Positions 39,415 through 50,256 of a DNA stretch of 64,000 nt are shown piece by piece. A program made the translations under genes and the position numbers. Under the pieces are notes generated by a model. It was given only the letters and a program-made list of their open reading frames with translations, did not search any database and had not been told where the DNA came from. The stretch lies in assembly GCA_027490975.1 (NCBI GenBank), contig JAIXXA010000035.1, positions 9,164-73,163 of the forward strand, read 5' to 3'. Position 1 is the stretch's first letter; the number at the start of each line of letters is the position of its first letter. The DNA is from Rhodospirillaceae bacterium (GTDB lineage: Bacteria > Pseudomonadota > Alphaproteobacteria > CACIAM-22H2).

Positions 39415-41280
39415 TTAAGCGCGGCGGCGGTGGCCTTGCGGGGCGGCGTCTTCTTCGAAAAGTTCGGCGAGTTTTTCCATGACCGTGCCGCCGAGCTGCT
39501 CGGCGTCGACGATCGTGACCGCGCGCTTGTAGTAGCGCGTCACGTCGTGGCCGATGCCGATGGCCAGAAGTTCGACCGGCGAGCGGTTTTCGACGTATTC
39601 GATGGCTTCGCGCAGATGGCGCTCGAGATAGTTGCCGGGATTGACCGACAACGTCGAATCGTCGACCGGCGCGCCGTCGGAAATCACCATCAGGATCTTG
39701 CGCTGCTCGGGACGAGCGATGAGGCGGCTGTGCGCCCACAGCAGCGCTTCGCCGTCGATATTCTCCTTGAGCAGGCCCTCGCGCAGCATGAGGCCGAGCG
39801 ACTTGCGCGCGCGCCGCCAGGGCGCATCGGCGCCTTTGTAGACGATGTGGCGCAGATCGTTGAGGCGGCCCGGATTGGCCGATTTGCCGCCCTGCAGCCA
39901 GCGTTCGCGGCTCTGCCCGCCCTTCCAGGCGCGCGTGGTGAAGCCGAGGATCTCGACCTTGACCGCACAGCGCTCGAGCGTGCGCGCCAGAATGTCGGCC
40001 GACATCGCCGCAACCGTGATCGGCCGGCCGCGCATCGAGCCCGAATTGTCGATCAGCAGCGACACGACCGTGTCGCGGAATTTGGTGTCGAGCTCGCGCT
40101 TGTAGGACAGCGAGTAGGCCGGATTGGCGACGACGCGCGCCAGCCGTGCGGCATCGAGCATGCCCTCTTCGAGATCGAACTCCCATGCGCGGTTCTGGCG
40201 CGCGAGCAGGCGGCGCTGCAGGCGATTGGCGAGCCTTGCGATGACGCCCTGCAGATGGCTCAGTTGCTGGTCGAGATGGGCGCGCAGGCGCGTGAGCTCG
40301 TCGGCGTCGCACAAAGCGTCGGCCTCGACGATCTCGTCGAACTCGGTCGTGTAGGCGCGGTACATCGGCTGGTCGGTCGAATTGCGGCCGTCCTGCGGCG
40401 GGCGGGCGCGCTTGCCGGGCCGCTCGGGCCCGTCCTCGCCCATGCCGTCGCTGTCGTCGCCTTCCTGCTCTTCGCCCTCGCCCTCGCCGCCGTCTTCGCC
40501 GGCCGCTTCGCGGGTTTCGGAGCCTTGCATGGCTTCGGCCTGCGAGGTGTCGCCGCTGTCTTCGGCTTCGCCCGATTTCTGGCCGTCGTCGTCCTTCTCG
40601 CCTTCTTGGCTCTGGTCGTCGTCGGCCTCGGTCGACTGGCCTTCTTCTTCGCCAAGCTCGAGATCGGCGATGAGCTTGCGCGCGGTTTCGGCAAAGGCCG
40701 CCTGGTCGTCGAGACTGCGCGCAAGATCGACGAGATCGGCACCCGTCTTGGCCTCGATCCAGGGGCGCCACAGATCGACCATGCGCCGTGCGGCTTCCGG
40801 CGGTTGGCGGCCGGTGAAAGCCTCGCGCGCCAGCAGCGACAGCGCATCGACAAGCGGGGCCGATTCGCGGTCGGCAATACGCGCATAGCCCGCCTGGCGG
40901 CAGCGCTCGTCCAACGCCGCCCCCAGATTGTCGGCGACGCCCGCCATGTGGCGCGCGCCCAGGGCCTCGCAGCGCGCCTGTTCGACCGCGTCGTAGATCG
41001 CACGGCCCATCGCCCCTTGCGGCTGGCGCTTGGCGTGCACGGCGGCATTGTGGTGGCGCTGCTTGAGGGCGATCGCGTCGGCCTCGCCGCGCACGATCGC
41101 GACTTCGCCCGGCGGCAGATCGCGCGCGGGCTGCGGCAGCAGCGCTTCCGTGCCCCGCAGATTGGCAGGCTCGGCCGAGAAGGCGACGGTCAGTTCCGGC
41201 ACGCCCGCGATCGCGCGCACGGCCGCCGCCGTCGCTTGGCGAAAGCGCTCGACCGGACCTTCGTTGTTGCGTTGGGCCAT
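39415..41280 (-). CDS. cobT: cobaltochelatase subunit CobT
   Basis: Long acidic Asp/Glu-rich linker and a C-terminal vWA-like domain ([11 protein letters not shown]). Start [15 protein letters not shown]. Confidence 0.85.
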   Translation of the reverse strand: MAQRNNEGPVERFRQATAAAVRAIAGVPELTVAFSAEPANLRGTEALLPQPARDLPPGEVAIVRGEADAIALKQRHHNAAVHAKRQPQGAMGRAIYDAVEQARCEALGARHMAGVADNLGAALDERCRQAGYARIADRESAPLVDALSLLAREAFTGRQPPEAARRMVDLWRPWIEAKTGADLVDLARSLDDQAAFAETARKLIADLELGEEEGQSTEADDDQSQEGEKDDDGQKSGEAEDSGDTSQAEAMQGSETREAAGEDGGEGEGEEQEGDDSDGMGEDGPERPGKRARPPQDGRNSTDQPMYRAYTTEFDEIVEADALCDADELTRLRAHLDQQLSHLQGVIARLANRLQRRLLARQNRAWEFDLEEGMLDAARLARVVANPAYSLSYKRELDTKFRDTVVSLLIDNSGSMRGRPITVAAMSADILARTLERCAVKVEILGFTTRAWKGGQSRERWLQGGKSANPGRLNDLRHIVYKGADAPWRRARKSLGLMLREGLLKENIDGEALLWAHSRLIARPEQRKILMVISDGAPVDDSTLSVNPGNYLERHLREAIEYVENRSPVELLAIGIGHDVTRYYKRAVTIVDAEQLGGTVMEKLAELFEEDAAPQGHRRRA

Positions 41281-41299
41281 CAGGCGTTCGACCGCACGC

Positions 41300-42316
41300 C
41301 TAGCCGGCCTTGCGCACGGCAAGCCCCGCACCGCCCGGCAATTCGACGCCGAAGCAGCGCTGGTAGTATTCGGCCACGGTCTGGCGCTCGACCTCGTCGC
41401 ACTTGTTGAGGAACGTGACCCGGAAGGCGAACGCCACGTCGCCGAAGATGCGCGCATTCTCGGCCCAGGTGATGACCGTGCGCGGGCTCATCACTGTCGA
41501 AATGTCGCCGGCCATGAAGCCTGCGCGCGTGAGTTCGGCGAGCGCGACCATGGCGGCCACGATGTCGCGGCCTTCCTTGCTGTCGTAGCCCTGCGACTTC
41601 GCGAGCACGATGCGCGTCTCTTCGTCGTGCGGCAGATAGTTGAGCGTCGTCACGATGTTCCAGCGGTCCATCTGGCCCTGGTTGATCTGCTGCGTGCCGT
41701 GGTAGAGGCCGGTCGTGTCGCCGAGACCGACGGTGTTGGCGGTCGCAAACAGCCGGAACGCCGGATGCGGGCGCAGCACGCGGTTCTGGTCGAGCAGCGT
41801 GAGTTTGCCGTCGAGTTCGAGCACGCGCTGGATCACGAACATCACGTCCGCCCGGCCCGCGTCGTATTCGTCGAACACGAGGGCCACCGGGTGCTGCAGC
41901 GCCCAGGGCAGCAGCCCTTCGCGGAATTCGGTGATCTGCTTGCCGTCGCGCACCACGATCGCGTCGCGCCCGACGAGGTCGATGCGGCTGATGTGGCTGT
42001 CGAGATTGATGCGGATGCACGGCCAGTTGAGGCGGGCGGCGACCTGCTCGATATGCGTCGATTTGCCGGTCCCGTGATAGCCCTGCACCATCACGCGGCG
42101 GTTGAAAGCGAAACCCGCCAGGATCGCCAGCGTGGTTTCCTTGTCGAAACGGTAATTGTCGTCGCGGTCCGGCACATGGTCGGTCGGGGCGGTCGAAAAC
42201 GCCGGCACTTCGAGGTCGGAATCGATGCCGAAGACCTCCCGGACCTTGACCTTGATGTCGGGCACGCGGGTGTGGAGGTCGGCATGCAGCGGGGCAGACG
42301 CGATCGCAGGGGGCAT
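41300..42316 (-). CDS. cobS: cobaltochelatase subunit CobS
   Basis: Near-identical motifs to P. denitrificans CobS ([30 protein letters not shown]). 338 aa. 19 nt upstream of cobT. Confidence 0.9.
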   Translation of the reverse strand: MPPAIASAPLHADLHTRVPDIKVKVREVFGIDSDLEVPAFSTAPTDHVPDRDDNYRFDKETTLAILAGFAFNRRVMVQGYHGTGKSTHIEQVAARLNWPCIRINLDSHISRIDLVGRDAIVVRDGKQITEFREGLLPWALQHPVALVFDEYDAGRADVMFVIQRVLELDGKLTLLDQNRVLRPHPAFRLFATANTVGLGDTTGLYHGTQQINQGQMDRWNIVTTLNYLPHDEETRIVLAKSQGYDSKEGRDIVAAMVALAELTRAGFMAGDISTVMSPRTVITWAENARIFGDVAFAFRVTFLNKCDEVERQTVAEYYQRCFGVELPGGAGLAVRKAG

Positions 42317-42399
42317 GTGGTTGGCAACTCCGGACAGGACGAATTCGGGCAGTACGAATGCGGGCGGCGCGCGTAGCAAGCTAGCGCGGACCGCTTGGG

Positions 42400-43011
42400 T
42401 TACGAGCGGGCCGTCTGTTTTGCGATTTGCGCCTTCAGGACGGTGTAGGCCTGGTTGATGGACTTTAGACGTTCTTCCGCCGCCTTGTCGCCCCCGTTTG
42501 CGTCCGGGTGATGGCGTTTGACGAGCGACTTGTATCGAGACTTTATCTGGTCGAACGTGGCGTCCCAGTCGAGTTCGAGCAGAGAAAGCGCCTCCTCGAC
42601 GGGCCCAACCGGGCGCTGTTTGCGCGGCTCGGGCTTGGCGCTGGCCTCGAATCCCGGGATCTCGCCGTCGGCAAACCAGCGCCGCATCGCCTCTTCGAGG
42701 GCCTCGGTCCGCCCGAGCGGTGCCCGGGCACGCTTGCCGACGCCCATCGGCCAGGTCGGGCGGCGGCCGATCACATCGGCCCGGCGCTCGCGCTCCAGCG
42801 TGTCGGCATCGACCCCTTTGTAGAAGTCCCAAGACGCGTTGTATTCGCGCACATGGGCCAGGCAGAACCAATAGAAATCGTTGAGTTTTTTGCGATCTTT
42901 GGGGGCCCGGTAAGCGCCCTGTTCGGCGCATCCCGGATGGTCGCAGACGCGCGGCGCCGATCGAGGATCGGTCTGGGGCCGGTCGTAGGGGCGGGTGCGC
43001 GCGCGTGCCAT
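42400..43011 (-). CDS. J domain-containing protein (DnaJ-like)
   Basis: C-terminal J domain with HPD ([16 protein letters not shown]). Confidence 0.7.
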   Translation of the reverse strand: MARARTRPYDRPQTDPRSAPRVCDHPGCAEQGAYRAPKDRKKLNDFYWFCLAHVREYNASWDFYKGVDADTLERERRADVIGRRPTWPMGVGKRARAPLGRTEALEEAMRRWFADGEIPGFEASAKPEPRKQRPVGPVEEALSLLELDWDATFDQIKSRYKSLVKRHHPDANGGDKAAEERLKSINQAYTVLKAQIAKQTARS

Positions 43012-43195
43012 AACCAGTGAGTATGGCCGACGATTCGCGGTTCAACAAGAACAGGGCGGCAAAATTCGGCCCAGTTCGGAATCCCAAGCAAGTTCGACAA
43101 TATTTCAATAAAACGTCGGCATCTCTAGCCAATTTGGCCTATTGGCCGTACAATCATATCTCGTAAAAGTCGAACTTCCTGAGGCTGCAGCGAAA

Positions 43196-43582
43196 ATGGC
43201 AAGCGAGTATCGCTTGATTTTCTTCGATCAGAACGAACTGTGCCGCGCCTTGATCGAATACAACAGGCAGCGGCGCACGCCGTTTCCGCCGGGCAATTTG
43301 CGCAAGGTGGTGATCGGGCGCAGTGCGCTGACCGTCACGATCCAGGTCGATCCCGACAAGGGCGGGACGACCGAACAGGTCACATTCGACACGCCCTCGA
43401 TCGCTGCGGCCCTGATCATCTTCTGCAAAGAGCGCAAGATCCCGCTGCCGGCCAAATCCTCGAAGGAAATGCGCGTGGTGGCAGACCGGCTGTGCATGCT
43501 GATCCGCACCAAGGGCACGCCGGCCGAAGCCGCCATTGCGGTCGAATACACCGGCAAGATCGTCGCAACGGCGGCGGCTTAA
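43196..43582 (+). CDS. hypothetical protein (128 aa, lower GC than surroundings)
   Basis: Ordinary amino-acid composition (I/K/F-rich) in a high-GC genome. GAGG upstream of ATG 43196; the listed ORF starts at a TTG 54 nt upstream. Confidence 0.45.
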   Translation: MASEYRLIFFDQNELCRALIEYNRQRRTPFPPGNLRKVVIGRSALTVTIQVDPDKGGTTEQVTFDTPSIAAALIIFCKERKIPLPAKSSKEMRVVADRLCMLIRTKGTPAEAAIAVEYTGKIVATAAA

Positions 43583-44379
43583 GCCGCGAAATCCACCTGC
43601 GCTTGCTGGATCAGGCGCCCGTCGGCGGCGCGCACCCAGAAATTTCCGTCGGCCTTGCCACATAGGGCGAATTCTTCGCCGTCGAACAGCGGGGCGGCGC
43701 CGCGAAAGGCGAAGCGCTTGAGCTTGGCGCCGCCGACGCGTTCGGCAAAGCCCTGCAGCAACGTCGCCAAAAGCGGCCCGTGCACGATGAGGCCCGGATA
43801 GGCTTCGACCTGCGTTGCGTAGGCGCGGTCGTAATGGATGCGATGGCCGTTGAACGTGACGGCCGAATAGCGGAACAGCAGCACGGCGTCGGCGCGCATC
43901 ACCTGCGACCAATCTTCGTCGGTCGGGGCCGCGACGGCGGCGGCGGTCGGCCCGACATCGCGATAGACGATGTCGTGCGTCTCTTCGAGGCAAAGCCGAC
44001 CGTCCACGTCGATCGCGTGGTCGACCGCAACGAACACGAGATCGCCGGTGCGCCCGCGTTTGCGCACGACATTGCGGATCGTCGAACGGCGCGTGGCTGC
44101 CGCACCGATCGGGATCGGCGCATGGAAGCGCAGATCCCCGCCCGCCCACATGCGCCGCTGCAACGCCACCGGCGGCAGAAAACCGCCGCGCGCCGGATGC
44201 CCGTCGGGCCCCAACGCAGACGCCTTGGCGGCCGGATTGAAAAACGCCCAATGCCAGCCCGGCGGCAGGAAGTCGGCGGGCGCATCGCGATCGAGACAGG
44301 CCGCAAGCTCGGCCACGCGCGTTGCGTCGACATGTGCTTCGCGCGTCTCGGTCCGGCCGATCCACTCCGTCTCGTTCAT
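43579..44379 (-). CDS. MaoC-like (hotdog fold) acyl-CoA hydratase/dehydratase
   Basis: Internal start MNETEWIGRT, 266 aa double-hotdog. GGAG SD. ATGA overlap with the upstream CoA-transferase stop. Confidence 0.75.
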   Translation of the reverse strand: MNETEWIGRTETREAHVDATRVAELAACLDRDAPADFLPPGWHWAFFNPAAKASALGPDGHPARGGFLPPVALQRRMWAGGDLRFHAPIPIGAAATRRSTIRNVVRKRGRTGDLVFVAVDHAIDVDGRLCLEETHDIVYRDVGPTAAAVAAPTDEDWSQVMRADAVLLFRYSAVTFNGHRIHYDRAYATQVEAYPGLIVHGPLLATLLQGFAERVGGAKLKRFAFRGAAPLFDGEEFALCGKADGNFWVRAADGRLIQQAQVDFAA

Positions 44380-45506
44380 GCGAACTCCGCGCGCAAGGCG
44401 GCGCCGTGCTGGCCCAAGGCGGGTACGGCGCGCAACGGACGGTCGCGCACGCCGTCCACGATCGGCGGCGGTGCTGGGATCGCCACCGGCCCTGCCGGCG
44501 TTTCGACTGCCACGCGCCGCAACTGCGGATGGGCCGAAAAACGCGCGACGTCGTTGACCTCGCCGAACGCGATCTTGGCGCGGTCGAGCAAAGCCACAAG
44601 CTCGGCGCGCGCATGCTTGGCGAAGAACGCGGCGATATGCGCGTCGAGCGCTTCGCGATTCGTCACGCGCAGGATGTTCGTCGCGAATTGCGGCAGCGAA
44701 GTTTCGCCGAGCACGCCGCCGCAGAAGTCGCGCCATTCGCGGTCGTTCTGGATCGAGATCAGAATCGCGGCCCCGTCGGCGCTTGCGAATGCGCTGTAGG
44801 GCGCGACGGACGGGTGTTTGAGGCCCACGCGCGCGGGCGCTTTGCCGGCATAGTCGAAATGCAGCAAGGGTACGGCCATCCAATCGGCCATGCCGTCGAA
44901 CAGCGAGACTTCGATGGTCGCACCTTCGCCCGTGCGCCCGCGCCGGATCAAAGCCTCGAGCACGGCTTGGTGCGCGTACATGCCGGCCGCAATGTCGCAC
45001 ACCGACACGCCGACGCGCGCGGGTGCGTCCGCACTGCCGGTGATCGAGGCCAAACCCGTTTCGGCCTGCACGAGCATGTCGTAGCTCTTGCGCTGCGCAT
45101 ACGGCCCGTCGGCCCCGTAGCCCGAAACATCGACGCAGATGAGCTTGGGATAAAGCTTGCGCAATTCCGCACTGCCGAAACCGGCGCGCGCGGCGGCCCC
45201 CGGCATCAGGTTCTGCACGAACACGTCGGCCCGATCCAGCATGCGATGCAGGAGCGCCGCGTCGTCGGCGTTTTTGATGTCGGCGACCAGCGACTCCTTG
45301 CCGCGATTGAGCCACACGAAATAGCTCGCCTGGCCTTTGACGGCCGCATCGTAGCCGCGCGCGAAATCGCCCTCGGGCCGCTCGATCTTGACCACGCGCG
45401 CGCCGGCATCTGCCAAACGCGACGTGCAATAAGGGGCCGCCACCGCCTGCTCGAGGGCGAGCACAAAAATGCCGTCGAGTGCACCGTCTGTTTTCGGCGC
45501 GGGCAT
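44376..45506 (-). CDS. family III CoA-transferase (CaiB/BaiF family)
   Basis: Start MPAPKTDGALDGIFVLALEQAVAAPYCTSRLADAGARVVKIE. Catalytic Asp context VSVCDIAAG. Start overlaps the ACAD stop by 1 nt. Confidence 0.85.
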   Translation of the reverse strand: MPAPKTDGALDGIFVLALEQAVAAPYCTSRLADAGARVVKIERPEGDFARGYDAAVKGQASYFVWLNRGKESLVADIKNADDAALLHRMLDRADVFVQNLMPGAAARAGFGSAELRKLYPKLICVDVSGYGADGPYAQRKSYDMLVQAETGLASITGSADAPARVGVSVCDIAAGMYAHQAVLEALIRRGRTGEGATIEVSLFDGMADWMAVPLLHFDYAGKAPARVGLKHPSVAPYSAFASADGAAILISIQNDREWRDFCGGVLGETSLPQFATNILRVTNREALDAHIAAFFAKHARAELVALLDRAKIAFGEVNDVARFSAHPQLRRVAVETPAGPVAIPAPPPIVDGVRDRPLRAVPALGQHGAALRAEFA

Positions 45507-46651
45507 CAAAACGACCTCGGCAGGCCCAGCACATGCTCGGCGATGTAGGACAGCACGAGATTGGTCGAGACGGGCGCCACCTGGTAGAGCCGCGTCTCGC
45601 GGAATTTGCGCTCGACGTCGTATTCCTCGGCAAAGCCGAAGCCGCCATGCGTCTGCAGGCACGCTTCGCCGGCCTGCCACGACGCGTCGGCCGCCAGCAT
45701 CTTGGCCATGTTGGCTTCCGCCCCGCAGGCCTCCCCCGCCTCGTAGCGCCGGATCGCTTCGTGCACCATGAGCTCGGCGCTGCGCATCGCGGCATAGGCT
45801 TTGGCGATCGGGAACTGCACGCCCTGGTTCTGGCCGATCGGGCGGCCGAATACGCGGCGCGATTTGGCGTAGGCCGACGCCGTCTCGACGAACCAGCGCG
45901 CATCGCCGATGCACTCGGCGGCGATCAGGATGCGCTCGGCATTCATGCCGTCGAGAATGTAGCGAAAGCCGCGCCCTTCCTCGCCGATGCGGTTTTCCGC
46001 CGGAATTTCGACATTGTCGAAAAACACTTCCGTCGTCGCGTGGTTCAGCATCGCGCGCAGCGGCTTAATGGCGAGGCCCTTGGCGCCGCGCATGTCGAGC
46101 ACGAAGACCGAAAGCCCGTCGGTTTTTTTGGCAGTCGCGTCTTTCGGCGCGGTGCGCGCGAGCAGCAGCATCAGGTCCGAATGTTCGGCCCGGCTTGTCC
46201 ACACTTTCTGGCCGTTGACGACATAGACGTCGCCGCGCCGCTCGGCCGTGGTGCGAATGGCCGAAGTGTCGCTGCCCGCGTCGGGTTCGGTCACGCCGAA
46301 CGCCTGCAGGCGCAACGCGCCCGACGCAATGCCCGGCAGGTAAAGCTGCTTTTGCGCGGGCGAGCCGTGCCGCAGGATGGTGCCCATCGTGTACATCTGC
46401 GCGTGGCATGCGGCACCGTTGGCGCCGCTGGCGTGGATCTCTTCGAGGATCGCAGCGGCGGCCGAGAGCGGCAGGCCCGCCCCGCCGTATTCTTCCGGAA
46501 TGAGGGCCGCCAGCATGCCGCTGTCGGTCAGCGCTTTGACAAACGCGGTCGGATATTCGCGCGCGCGGTCGCGGTCGCGCCAATAGCGGCCGGGAAAATC
46601 GCGACACAGCGCTTGCACGCTCGCGCGGATCTCCGCGTGCCGCGCAATCAT
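45506..46651 (-). CDS. acyl-CoA dehydrogenase
   Basis: Start MIARHAEIRASVQ, 381 aa. ACAD N/M/C domains (FGVTEPDAGSD, catalytic-base region GGFGFAEEYDVERKFRE). ATGA overlap with the upstream Ldh_2 gene. Confidence 0.85.
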   Translation of the reverse strand: MIARHAEIRASVQALCRDFPGRYWRDRDRAREYPTAFVKALTDSGMLAALIPEEYGGAGLPLSAAAAILEEIHASGANGAACHAQMYTMGTILRHGSPAQKQLYLPGIASGALRLQAFGVTEPDAGSDTSAIRTTAERRGDVYVVNGQKVWTSRAEHSDLMLLLARTAPKDATAKKTDGLSVFVLDMRGAKGLAIKPLRAMLNHATTEVFFDNVEIPAENRIGEEGRGFRYILDGMNAERILIAAECIGDARWFVETASAYAKSRRVFGRPIGQNQGVQFPIAKAYAAMRSAELMVHEAIRRYEAGEACGAEANMAKMLAADASWQAGEACLQTHGGFGFAEEYDVERKFRETRLYQVAPVSTNLVLSYIAEHVLGLPRSF

Positions 46652-47652
46652 CCCGCCGCCCGTTTGCGCAGATCGGCCAAGAGATCGGCGGGCACCTTGA
46701 TGCCGTCCTTGGCCGCCTTTTCGCGCAAGGCAAGGCGCCTTGCGCCCGGCAGACGCGTGCCCGATTGGCCGAGCACCGCCCCCAGCAACGCTTCGACGCG
46801 CGCGGCAAACGCTTCGCCCGCAAGCCGTGCGGGATCGATCAGCAGCAGCAACTGGCCCACGCGCGGCGGCGGGCCTTTGGCGTCGAAAAACGAGCTCGCC
46901 TCGAAACCGAAATGCGAGGCGGTCAAGGCCGCCGACAGCAATTCGACCATCAGCACGAGGGCCGCCCCCTTGGCGTCGCCCAGCGGCAGCATCGTGCCCG
47001 CGAGCGCCTGTTTGGCGTCGGTCGTGGGCGCGCCTGCCGGATCGAGCGCCCAGCCCTCCGGAATCGCTTCGCCCTTCTGCGCGGCGACCATGATCTTGCC
47101 GCGCGCGACTTTGGACAATGACAAGTCGATCACCAAGGGCGGCTGGCCGCGCCGCGGGCAGCCAAACGCGATCGGGTTGGTGCCGAACAGCGGCTTTGAC
47201 CCGCCCCACGGCGCGATCGCCGCCGGCGAATTGCCGAACAGCAACGCCACAAGCCCGTGCTTGGCCGCGGCTTCGACATGCAGCCCCGCCGCCCCGAAAT
47301 GGTGCGAGTTGGCAATGCCGACCGCAACCGTGCCGGCAGACTTCGCCATGTCGGCGGCGCGCAGAATCGCAGCCTGAATGGCCGGATAGGCAAAGCCGTC
47401 TTTTGCATCGACCAGCAACGTGCCGGGTGCCGTAACCGTCAACACAGGGACCGCATGGCCATCCACTTTTCCGACCTTGGCTTGATCGGCATATGCCGCG
47501 ACGCGCGACAGGCCGTGGCTGGCAAGCCCGTCGGCTTCGGCTGCAATCAACGCGTCGGCGACGGACGCCGCATTGGCGGGCGACGTGTTCGCGGCAACGA
47601 GGGCCGCCACGGCCAGCCGATGCGCTTCGGCCAAGGCGATGGTTTCGCTCAT
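46648..47652 (-). CDS. Ldh_2 family (malate/L-lactate dehydrogenase 2 / (R)-sulfolactate dehydrogenase ComC-like) oxidoreductase
   Basis: Start MSETIALAEAH, 334 aa. Ldh_2 signatures (GIANSHHFGAAG, GTNPIAFG). Overlap with the upstream gene. Confidence 0.8.
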   Translation of the reverse strand: MSETIALAEAHRLAVAALVAANTSPANAASVADALIAAEADGLASHGLSRVAAYADQAKVGKVDGHAVPVLTVTAPGTLLVDAKDGFAYPAIQAAILRAADMAKSAGTVAVGIANSHHFGAAGLHVEAAAKHGLVALLFGNSPAAIAPWGGSKPLFGTNPIAFGCPRRGQPPLVIDLSLSKVARGKIMVAAQKGEAIPEGWALDPAGAPTTDAKQALAGTMLPLGDAKGAALVLMVELLSAALTASHFGFEASSFFDAKGPPPRVGQLLLLIDPARLAGEAFAARVEALLGAVLGQSGTRLPGARRLALREKAAKDGIKVPADLLADLRKRAAG

Positions 47653-48599
47653 TTGCGGCCCTTGATACCAAGCTTCTGCAGGGCCCCGCGCACATTGGCG
47701 ACGGTCACCGTCGAGACGCGCACATTGCCCTCGGCGGTCACGCCCGCAATATGCGGCGTAAGCCACAGGCGCGGCACGCCTTCGAGAACGGAGCCTTTTT
47801 TGAGCGGCTCCTGGTCGAACACGTCGAGCAGGGCGCCGCCCAATGCGCCGGCCTTGAGGGCGGCGGCCAACGCCGCCTCGTCGATGATGCCGCCGCGCGC
47901 CGTGTTGATCACGAGGGAAGTCGACTTCATCGCGGCGAGGCGCTTGGCATCGAGCAGGTTGCGCGTCTGCGGCGTCAATGGCACGTGCAGCGACACGACG
48001 TCGCTCGACGCGCACAGCGTGTCGATGTCGGCCACGCGCGCCACGCCGTATTGCGCCCAGGCCGGATCGTCGGGCTTCAGCATCGGATCGTACGCGACGA
48101 TCTCCATCTCGAGCGCTTTGGCGCGGCTCGCCACCGCGCGCGCAATGCCGCCGAAGCCGACAAGGCCCAAGCGCTTGCCCATGGCTTCGCCGAGCATCAG
48201 GTCGTTGCGCGGCCATTTGCCGGCAAGCACGGCATCGTTGGCCTTCCACACGTCACGCAAACCCACGAGGATCGCCGCAATCACGTATTCGGCGACCGAT
48301 ACGGTGTTGGCCCCGGTCGCGGGGAAAACCTGGATGCCGCGCCGCGCGCACTCGTCCATGTCGATATTGTCGAGGCCGACGCCCAGGCGGCCGATCGCTT
48401 TGAGATTTTTCATCGCCGCCAGCACGGGCCCGCGCACTTGCGTGCGGTTGCGCACGATGATGGCGGGGCTGTCGGCCGCCAGCCGCGCGAGTTCGTCAAG
48501 ATTGTCGACGAGTTTGGGATCGTAATGGACGGAATAGTCCCGGGCGAGATCGTCCACCGCCCATTGGTCCACGAATTCGGCTACGACGATGTCGTACAT
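47649..48599 (-). CDS. D-isomer-specific 2-hydroxyacid dehydrogenase (PGDH-like)
   Basis: Start MYDIVVAEFV. NAD motif GLVGFGGIARAV, catalytic R...E...H (TARGGIIDE, PHIAG). Confidence 0.85.
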   Translation of the reverse strand: MYDIVVAEFVDQWAVDDLARDYSVHYDPKLVDNLDELARLAADSPAIIVRNRTQVRGPVLAAMKNLKAIGRLGVGLDNIDMDECARRGIQVFPATGANTVSVAEYVIAAILVGLRDVWKANDAVLAGKWPRNDLMLGEAMGKRLGLVGFGGIARAVASRAKALEMEIVAYDPMLKPDDPAWAQYGVARVADIDTLCASSDVVSLHVPLTPQTRNLLDAKRLAAMKSTSLVINTARGGIIDEAALAAALKAGALGGALLDVFDQEPLKKGSVLEGVPRLWLTPHIAGVTAEGNVRVSTVTVANVRGALQKLGIKGRK

Positions 48600-48600
48600 T

Positions 48601-50205
48601 TCACATCTGCTCCATATACTCGGCCGGGTCGACGAGCGCGTCGATGACCGTGAATTTGCGCACGGCAAGCGCTTGCGCGAAAGCCGTTTCGAACGCCGCA
48701 AGGCTTTCGACGCGCACGCCGACAGCCCCGCACGCTTGCGCCACGAGGTCGAAACGCGGGCCCGCGAAATCGACGGCGCGCTGCGCCATCTGCATCTTGG
48801 CCTGTTTGAGTTTGATCAGCGACAAGGCGCCGTCGTTGAGCACGACGACGACGATCGGCAGATCGAGCTCGGCCGCAAGCGGCAACTCGCCCAAAGTCAT
48901 CAGCATGCAGCCGTCGCCGACCAAGGCCACGACCGGCGCGGCAGGGTCCGCCAGCTGCGCGCCGATGGCCGCGGGCACGGCATATCCCATGCAGCAGAGC
49001 CCGTTCGACTGCATGAGCTGGCCCGGCGCTTGGGCGGCGATCGCGTGGCTTGCCAGGATGCGATGGGCGCCCACATCGACCGTCATGCGCCATTTCGGCG
49101 TGACGCGATCCGACACGGCCTTGAACAACGCCGCCGGCGAAATGCCCGCAGCGGGATTGCGCGGGCGCACGATATGCGCGACCTCCGCGCGGCACGCGGC
49201 CAGCATTTCAGATGCCCAGGCGGGCGTGCTCGCAGCCGTCAGCTGCGCCAGCATCGTCGGCAGATCGCCGTAGCATTCCCGGCCCAGCGGGAAGATGCGG
49301 TGGTTGAGCGGCCCCCAATCGAGCGCGATCACGTCGACCGCCGCGCCCCACGCATCGACCCAGGCGTCGCGCAGTTCGATCGGATCGAAGCCGACGCACA
49401 CGATGAGATCGGCCGCCGCCAGCAGTTTGAGATTGGCCGCATCGACGATCGGCGACAGGCCGACCGCACCCAGGCACAGCGCATGTGTGTCGCTGACCAC
49501 ACCCTTGGCTTTGTAGGTCGCGAAAAACGGCATGCGGCGTGCCTCGAGGAACGCCTGCAGCGCTTGCGGCACGCGCTCGGCCAAAGCGCCGCGCCCCACG
49601 AGGGCCAGCGGCCGCTTGGCCGCGGCGAGCTTCGCGCACAAATCGGCGGCGGCATCTTCGGCAAGGCCGGTGCGCAAGATCTGGGCTGGGCTCGGCTCGG
49701 CCGTCTCTTTGCTGTCCTGGCGGCCGAGGTCGGCCGGCACGTTCAGCATCACGGGGCCGGCGGGATAGCTCGTCGCAATGTCGAGGGCGCGCGCCAGATG
49801 CTGGGCGGGGCGCGCGGCGTTGAGATGGGCCGCGTATTTGACGACCGGCGTCGCCAGCGCCACATGGTCGAACGCCTGGTGGTTGTAGATCTGTGCGTTC
49901 GCCGTCGCCATTTCGCCGGTCAGAACGGCGATGGGCGAACGCTCCATCAAGGCGCCCGCAAGCCCCGCCGTGGCGTTGGCGATGCCGGGGCCGAGTGCGG
50001 GGATCAGCACTTGCGGTTTGCCGGTGATCTGCGCCGCGGCATCGGCCATGAAGGCCGCCGCCGGCTCGGACTTCGCGAGCACGAAGCGAATGCCCGCCTC
50101 TTCGCAGGCGCGCACGGTTTCGAGCACGTCGTTGCCCGGAATGCCGAAGGCAAAAGAAGCGCCCCATGCCTTCAGCGTGCGCGCGAGACGGTCGGCGACC
50201 TTCAT
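48601..50205 (-). CDS. thiamine-pyrophosphate enzyme, acetolactate synthase large-subunit / sulfoacetaldehyde acetyltransferase-like family
   Basis: N-terminal TPP-PYR (GIPGNDVLE), central, and C-terminal TPP-binding GDGCMLM motifs. 534 aa. Confidence 0.85.
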   Translation of the reverse strand: MKVADRLARTLKAWGASFAFGIPGNDVLETVRACEEAGIRFVLAKSEPAAAFMADAAAQITGKPQVLIPALGPGIANATAGLAGALMERSPIAVLTGEMATANAQIYNHQAFDHVALATPVVKYAAHLNAARPAQHLARALDIATSYPAGPVMLNVPADLGRQDSKETAEPSPAQILRTGLAEDAAADLCAKLAAAKRPLALVGRGALAERVPQALQAFLEARRMPFFATYKAKGVVSDTHALCLGAVGLSPIVDAANLKLLAAADLIVCVGFDPIELRDAWVDAWGAAVDVIALDWGPLNHRIFPLGRECYGDLPTMLAQLTAASTPAWASEMLAACRAEVAHIVRPRNPAAGISPAALFKAVSDRVTPKWRMTVDVGAHRILASHAIAAQAPGQLMQSNGLCCMGYAVPAAIGAQLADPAAPVVALVGDGCMLMTLGELPLAAELDLPIVVVVLNDGALSLIKLKQAKMQMAQRAVDFAGPRFDLVAQACGAVGVRVESLAAFETAFAQALAVRKFTVIDALVDPAEYMEQM

Positions 50206-50256
50206 CGGGTCGCCGCCGTTCCGGTCGGCGTGCGAGGCGCGGCCGCGCGCTCCGTC

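Noticed and set aside
42400-43195. Cobalamin riboswitch upstream of cobS-cobT
   Set aside because: No B12-box-like consensus is visible in the 184-bp divergent spacer or upstream of the J-domain gene. cobST are typically not riboswitch-controlled.
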